Assembly: GCA_019057795.1 (NCBI GenBank)
Contig: JAHLWS010000063.1
Location: 1 to 63,649, forward strand
Direction of reading: 5' to 3'
Length of the DNA stretch: 63,649 nt
From: Promethearchaeota archaeon
Lineage (GTDB): Archaea > Asgardarchaeota > Lokiarchaeia > Sigyniarchaeales > SOKP01
The notes under the pieces were generated by a model. That model had not been told where the DNA came from. It ran no database searches and was given only the letters and a program-made list of their open reading frames with translations. Below are positions 60,801 through 63,649 of the stretch, in pieces (positions within the stretch are counted from its first letter, which is position 1; every line of letters begins with the position of its first letter). A program made the translations under genes and the position numbers.

Positions 60801-61142
60801 TTAATTCCAACGCTCTGGAAGTATTGGGTTTTTACCGTATCTTTCCTTTATGTGTTCCTTAATGTCGTCAATCGAACCGAAAACCTTAGTTTTCCCGCAA
60901 CAGTTGTTGCCTTTATACGTGGCAATTTCCAAATACCATTTATCTGTGCCTGATCGCTGACTTCTCCCGTGATGGTAGCCAATAGATAGGTGAATTTCTC
61001 TCGTTACTGGTTCGAAGTTTTTGATCTTGGTGAACTCGATTTTCTCTGGTTCTTTCATGTGTAGGCGAGGATGTTCCGAATTAATCCAAGCTCTGTTCTC
61101 AAACGTTATGCTATCTAAATTGTTGTGTTTGAATTGTGTCAT
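60801..61142 (-). CDS. Hypothetical protein (MGE-like region)
   Basis: 113-aa ATG ORF with protein-like composition; no motif recognised. Confidence 0.65.
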   Translation of the reverse strand: MTQFKHNNLDSITFENRAWINSEHPRLHMKEPEKIEFTKIKNFEPVTREIHLSIGYHHGRSQRSGTDKWYLEIATYKGNNCCGKTKVFGSIDDIKEHIKERYGKNPILPERWN

Positions 61143-61498
61143 GATAATATTCTATAAGAAACTTCTAGTTATAAGTAAATAGAGGGTTGGAGTTTATCAT
61201 CAGCGAAGGAAACGCATTTAACAGCCGAATACCGTTGTTTATGCGAAGCCTTAGTTCCGATAGTTAAAGATTGATTGGGTTCTATCTGAAAATTAATGTA
61301 AAAAAAAATAAAGTAGGAAAAAGTAGAAATTATTAAATAATTAAGTGAACTGAATTGGAATTTTGAGTAGTAATCTGGAAAAGTCATAAAAACTAATTAA
61401 GAACTTATTAAACAAAGACTTTAATAAAAAGAAAGAAAAGAAAAAAAGAAATTGATATTTATATTAAATCCAAACTAACTATCCTTTTTTATCTTAAG

Positions 61499-61729
61499 TT
61501 AATTTGTTTGGCAACTATTCAATATAATTTCAATTAGTTTAGGCGTTGGGTTTTCTGGAATTTCACAAGAACATTTTAAATGTAGTCGATTGTCCTTAGT
61601 CTTAAACCAAATAGAATTTAGATCAAAACAATAAGGACAAATAACTTCGATAAAATACTCTTTCTTATGAGTGTTCCAAACGTTAAAAATTTCTTTAGAG
61701 GGAATTTTAATCCAAGTACCTTTCTTAAT
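61499..61729 (-). CDS. Uncalled 76-aa ORF with CPYC..CSC, putative ATT start
   Basis: IKKGTWIKIPSKEIF..VICPYCFDLNSIWF..LKCSCEIP..QTN*; GGTGA just upstream; overlaps the stop of 61725-62012. Confidence 0.55.
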   Translation of the reverse strand: MKKGTWIKIPSKEIFNVWNTHKKEYFIEVICPYCFDLNSIWFKTKDNRLHLKCSCEIPENPTPKLIEIILNSCQTN

Positions 61730-62012
61730 ATTTTTTCACCTTTGCGTTTAATTCTTGTATTTTGGTTACGACTTTGGAAAAAAATCTTAGAAGTACTCCT
61801 GATGAAAATTGATACAAATGCAAACAATTTTTACACATAAACACGTGAAAATCTGCGTCAAAAACGTCGCGTTCTTTAGGCAAATCCATGTCAAACAATA
61901 TCTCCTTATCGACGTGAAATACGTGAACTTCTCTCTTGCTACATTTTGGACAAGGTTTAACTGTTCCTATAACTAATTCTTTCCAGTTGTATTTATCTTT
62001 GATTTCTGTCAT
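61725..62012 (-). CDS. Small zinc-ribbon protein
   Basis: CPKC..CKNC. Confidence 0.7.
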   Translation of the reverse strand: MTEIKDKYNWKELVIGTVKPCPKCSKREVHVFHVDKEILFDMDLPKERDVFDADFHVFMCKNCLHLYQFSSGVLLRFFSKVVTKIQELNAKVKKY

Positions 62013-62230
62013 ATAAACTAAAATGATAGTTTGTTATATAAATCGTTGGGGGTAAAAGATTTCTTAACGTTTCCCAAAGCTAAAAATTGTTTTAAAGGTC
62101 TTTACAATTTTTTTTTAAAAACAATTACTACTTTTTCTTCCTGATATGATCAAACATCATCGATACTTAGACTTTATCGTCCTGATATGATCAATTTTCT
62201 ATATTTGTGAAACTAAAAGAAACTGATTTT

Positions 62231-62600
62231 TTAATTGTCATGTATCTCACGCATTAGTAGCTTTATAATTGTGAAAAGAATTTCTGGTGCGGATTTGTAC
62301 CATTCTCCATGAATTTTGTATTCGTCAAATTGGTCGTGTAATTCCTTCTCAAAGTTACCTTTAACATAAGCGATTAAATTTAATTTTTCAGGTGAGTTAC
62401 TTTGAATTTTTTTTATTCTTTTTAAAAGATCCTTTGAAAACCCAATTTTCATAAGATTCGTTTGTTCTCCTAATAAGAAATAAGTATAAACCTCTTCCTT
62501 ATTAAAAAATTTAGCTCCGAAAAATAAAAGTTCCTTATTATAAATATATAAGTCTTCAAAATTTTTATCAAATTCTTTGCTCGAAAGAACTTTTCTTTTA
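62231..62600 (-). CDS. GIY-YIG (T5orf172/MUG113-like) nuclease, 5' end uncertain or decayed
   Basis: VYTYFL..MKIGFS..KRIKKIQSNSP..EKELHDQF..GEWY; the first motif half lies upstream of ATG 62452. Confidence 0.75.
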
Positions 62601-62830
62601 ACATAAAAAATAATTAGGAGGTCATAAAAAAATTTTAATCCATAAAAAGAAGGGGAAGTTTAAGTTCAAGCACTCGATATAAAAAGGAAAAATTCCGGCT
62701 TTACAATAAACCGGCTAAGTGGAAAGATTTAAATGTTTTCGAAACATTGTTATTTCACAGAAAGATAAAATTCGATCATAGTATATCTTTTGAAAAATTA
62801 AAGTATTAAAAAATTAATAGAAATAAGATA

Positions 62831-62978
62831 GGGAAAACATAACCATGACTCCTGCGTCACCCTGGATTTTTGTCTTTTGGTAGTGCGTAAAGCACTCATC
62901 TAATACTCCCCCTATTTTATTTTTGACCTTCTTATTAGGTCGCGACAGCAGGAGTCGTCTTTTCCTTCTCCTTTTTTT
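62831..62978. ncRNA. Candidate structured RNA (or ssDNA structure) of unknown class
   Basis: Closing stems GGGAAAA/TTTTCCT and ATGACTCCTGC/GCAGGAGTCGT enclose hairpins AGTGC-GTAAA-GCACT and GACCT-N7-AGGTC; T-run follows. Confidence 0.5.
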
Positions 62979-63085
62979 GTCCTTATTCTTGCTTAATTAG
63001 ATGCAATTTCCAACTGTACTGTGAAAGTCTGAAATTTTTTAAAAATAAAAAAAAGAGTTTAGGTGGACCTGCTTAACTCTTATAA

Positions 63086-63457
63086 CTAAGCGTTAACTAC
63101 GACTATAATCGCAATAACGATAACTATTACGACTCCTACAAAAAATCCAATAATGACATCGGGAATGAAATTCGATATGAAAAATGTTCCAAATAACAAA
63201 TCTGAGTCTATATAAGAAGTTATAAACCAGTAATGAACGCCCATTACGATCGCCGTCCCACGACCTGTGATCCCTATTAATGCTATTACCATGATTATCA
63301 AAAACCTTTTGTATTTCAGTCTTTCCTCAGTCTTCTGCGCAGCTTTCTTTTGAGTTTGGTCTGCTTTATCGAGTCTTATACAATTTGGGCACATTTTATT
63401 GAACTTCTTAAATTGATGGTCCGAAATCTCTTCTCCACATTTTCCGCAAAATGGCAT
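63086..63457 (-). CDS. Zinc-ribbon plus two-TM membrane protein
   Basis: CGKC..CPNC followed by two hydrophobic helices. Confidence 0.75.
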   Translation of the reverse strand: MPFCGKCGEEISDHQFKKFNKMCPNCIRLDKADQTQKKAAQKTEERLKYKRFLIIMVIALIGITGRGTAIVMGVHYWFITSYIDSDLLFGTFFISNFIPDVIIGFFVGVVIVIVIAIIVVVNA

Positions 63458-63649
63458 GAATTACTACTATCTAGAATTATATTTAAAATTTATATTGTAA
63501 TTTCTGTAATGATTTTTAGAATCTCATATTTCAATTCGTTGAATTCGAAATTTTCACATTTGTTGAATTCGATGTTTTTAGCTGTTTTTATCGGTGGGTA
63601 GCAAAGTGGTACGGACCGAACGATATGCCAAAAAATAGTTAATCAAGAA

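Noticed and set aside
62831-62978. Retron msr-msd or hammerhead assignment for the structured element
   Set aside because: No reverse transcriptase in the window, no long msd hairpin and no CUGAUGA/GAAA core.
63590-63635. GC-richer stretch resembling a tRNA 5' half
   Set aside because: No cloverleaf or T-loop consensus.

Overview
AT-rich archaeal chromosome segment, most likely Asgard/Lokiarchaeia. The assignment is inferred from a gelsolin-domain protein, three small GTPases, RING proteins, longin/roadblock fusions and an MtrH-like gene. Most of the window is metabolic or housekeeping genes: an organosulfate cluster, a glycyl radical enzyme, alpha-glucan enzymes, four ICMT/PEMT-family methyltransferases and Fe-S/flavin proteins. 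The best finding is missing from the ORF track: a 69-codon minus-strand gene (23753-23962) for a GDCCVxC-like metal-binding protein with four in-frame TGA codons, three at conserved Cys positions and one in the Cys-rich motif. A eukaryote-type SECIS hairpin follows about 20 nt later, so it is a candidate four-selenocysteine micro-selenoprotein. Also notable: an intact TnpB element with IS608-like ends that appears to have rewritten its neighbour's last codon and stop; a Mig-like T:G glycosylase paired with an orphan C5 methyltransferase; a Cwh43/PGAP2IP-like membrane enzyme; an unexplained structured RNA candidate near 62.9 kb; possible ATT/ATA start codons; and several gene remnants. All family calls come from reading motifs by eye, with no database searches.
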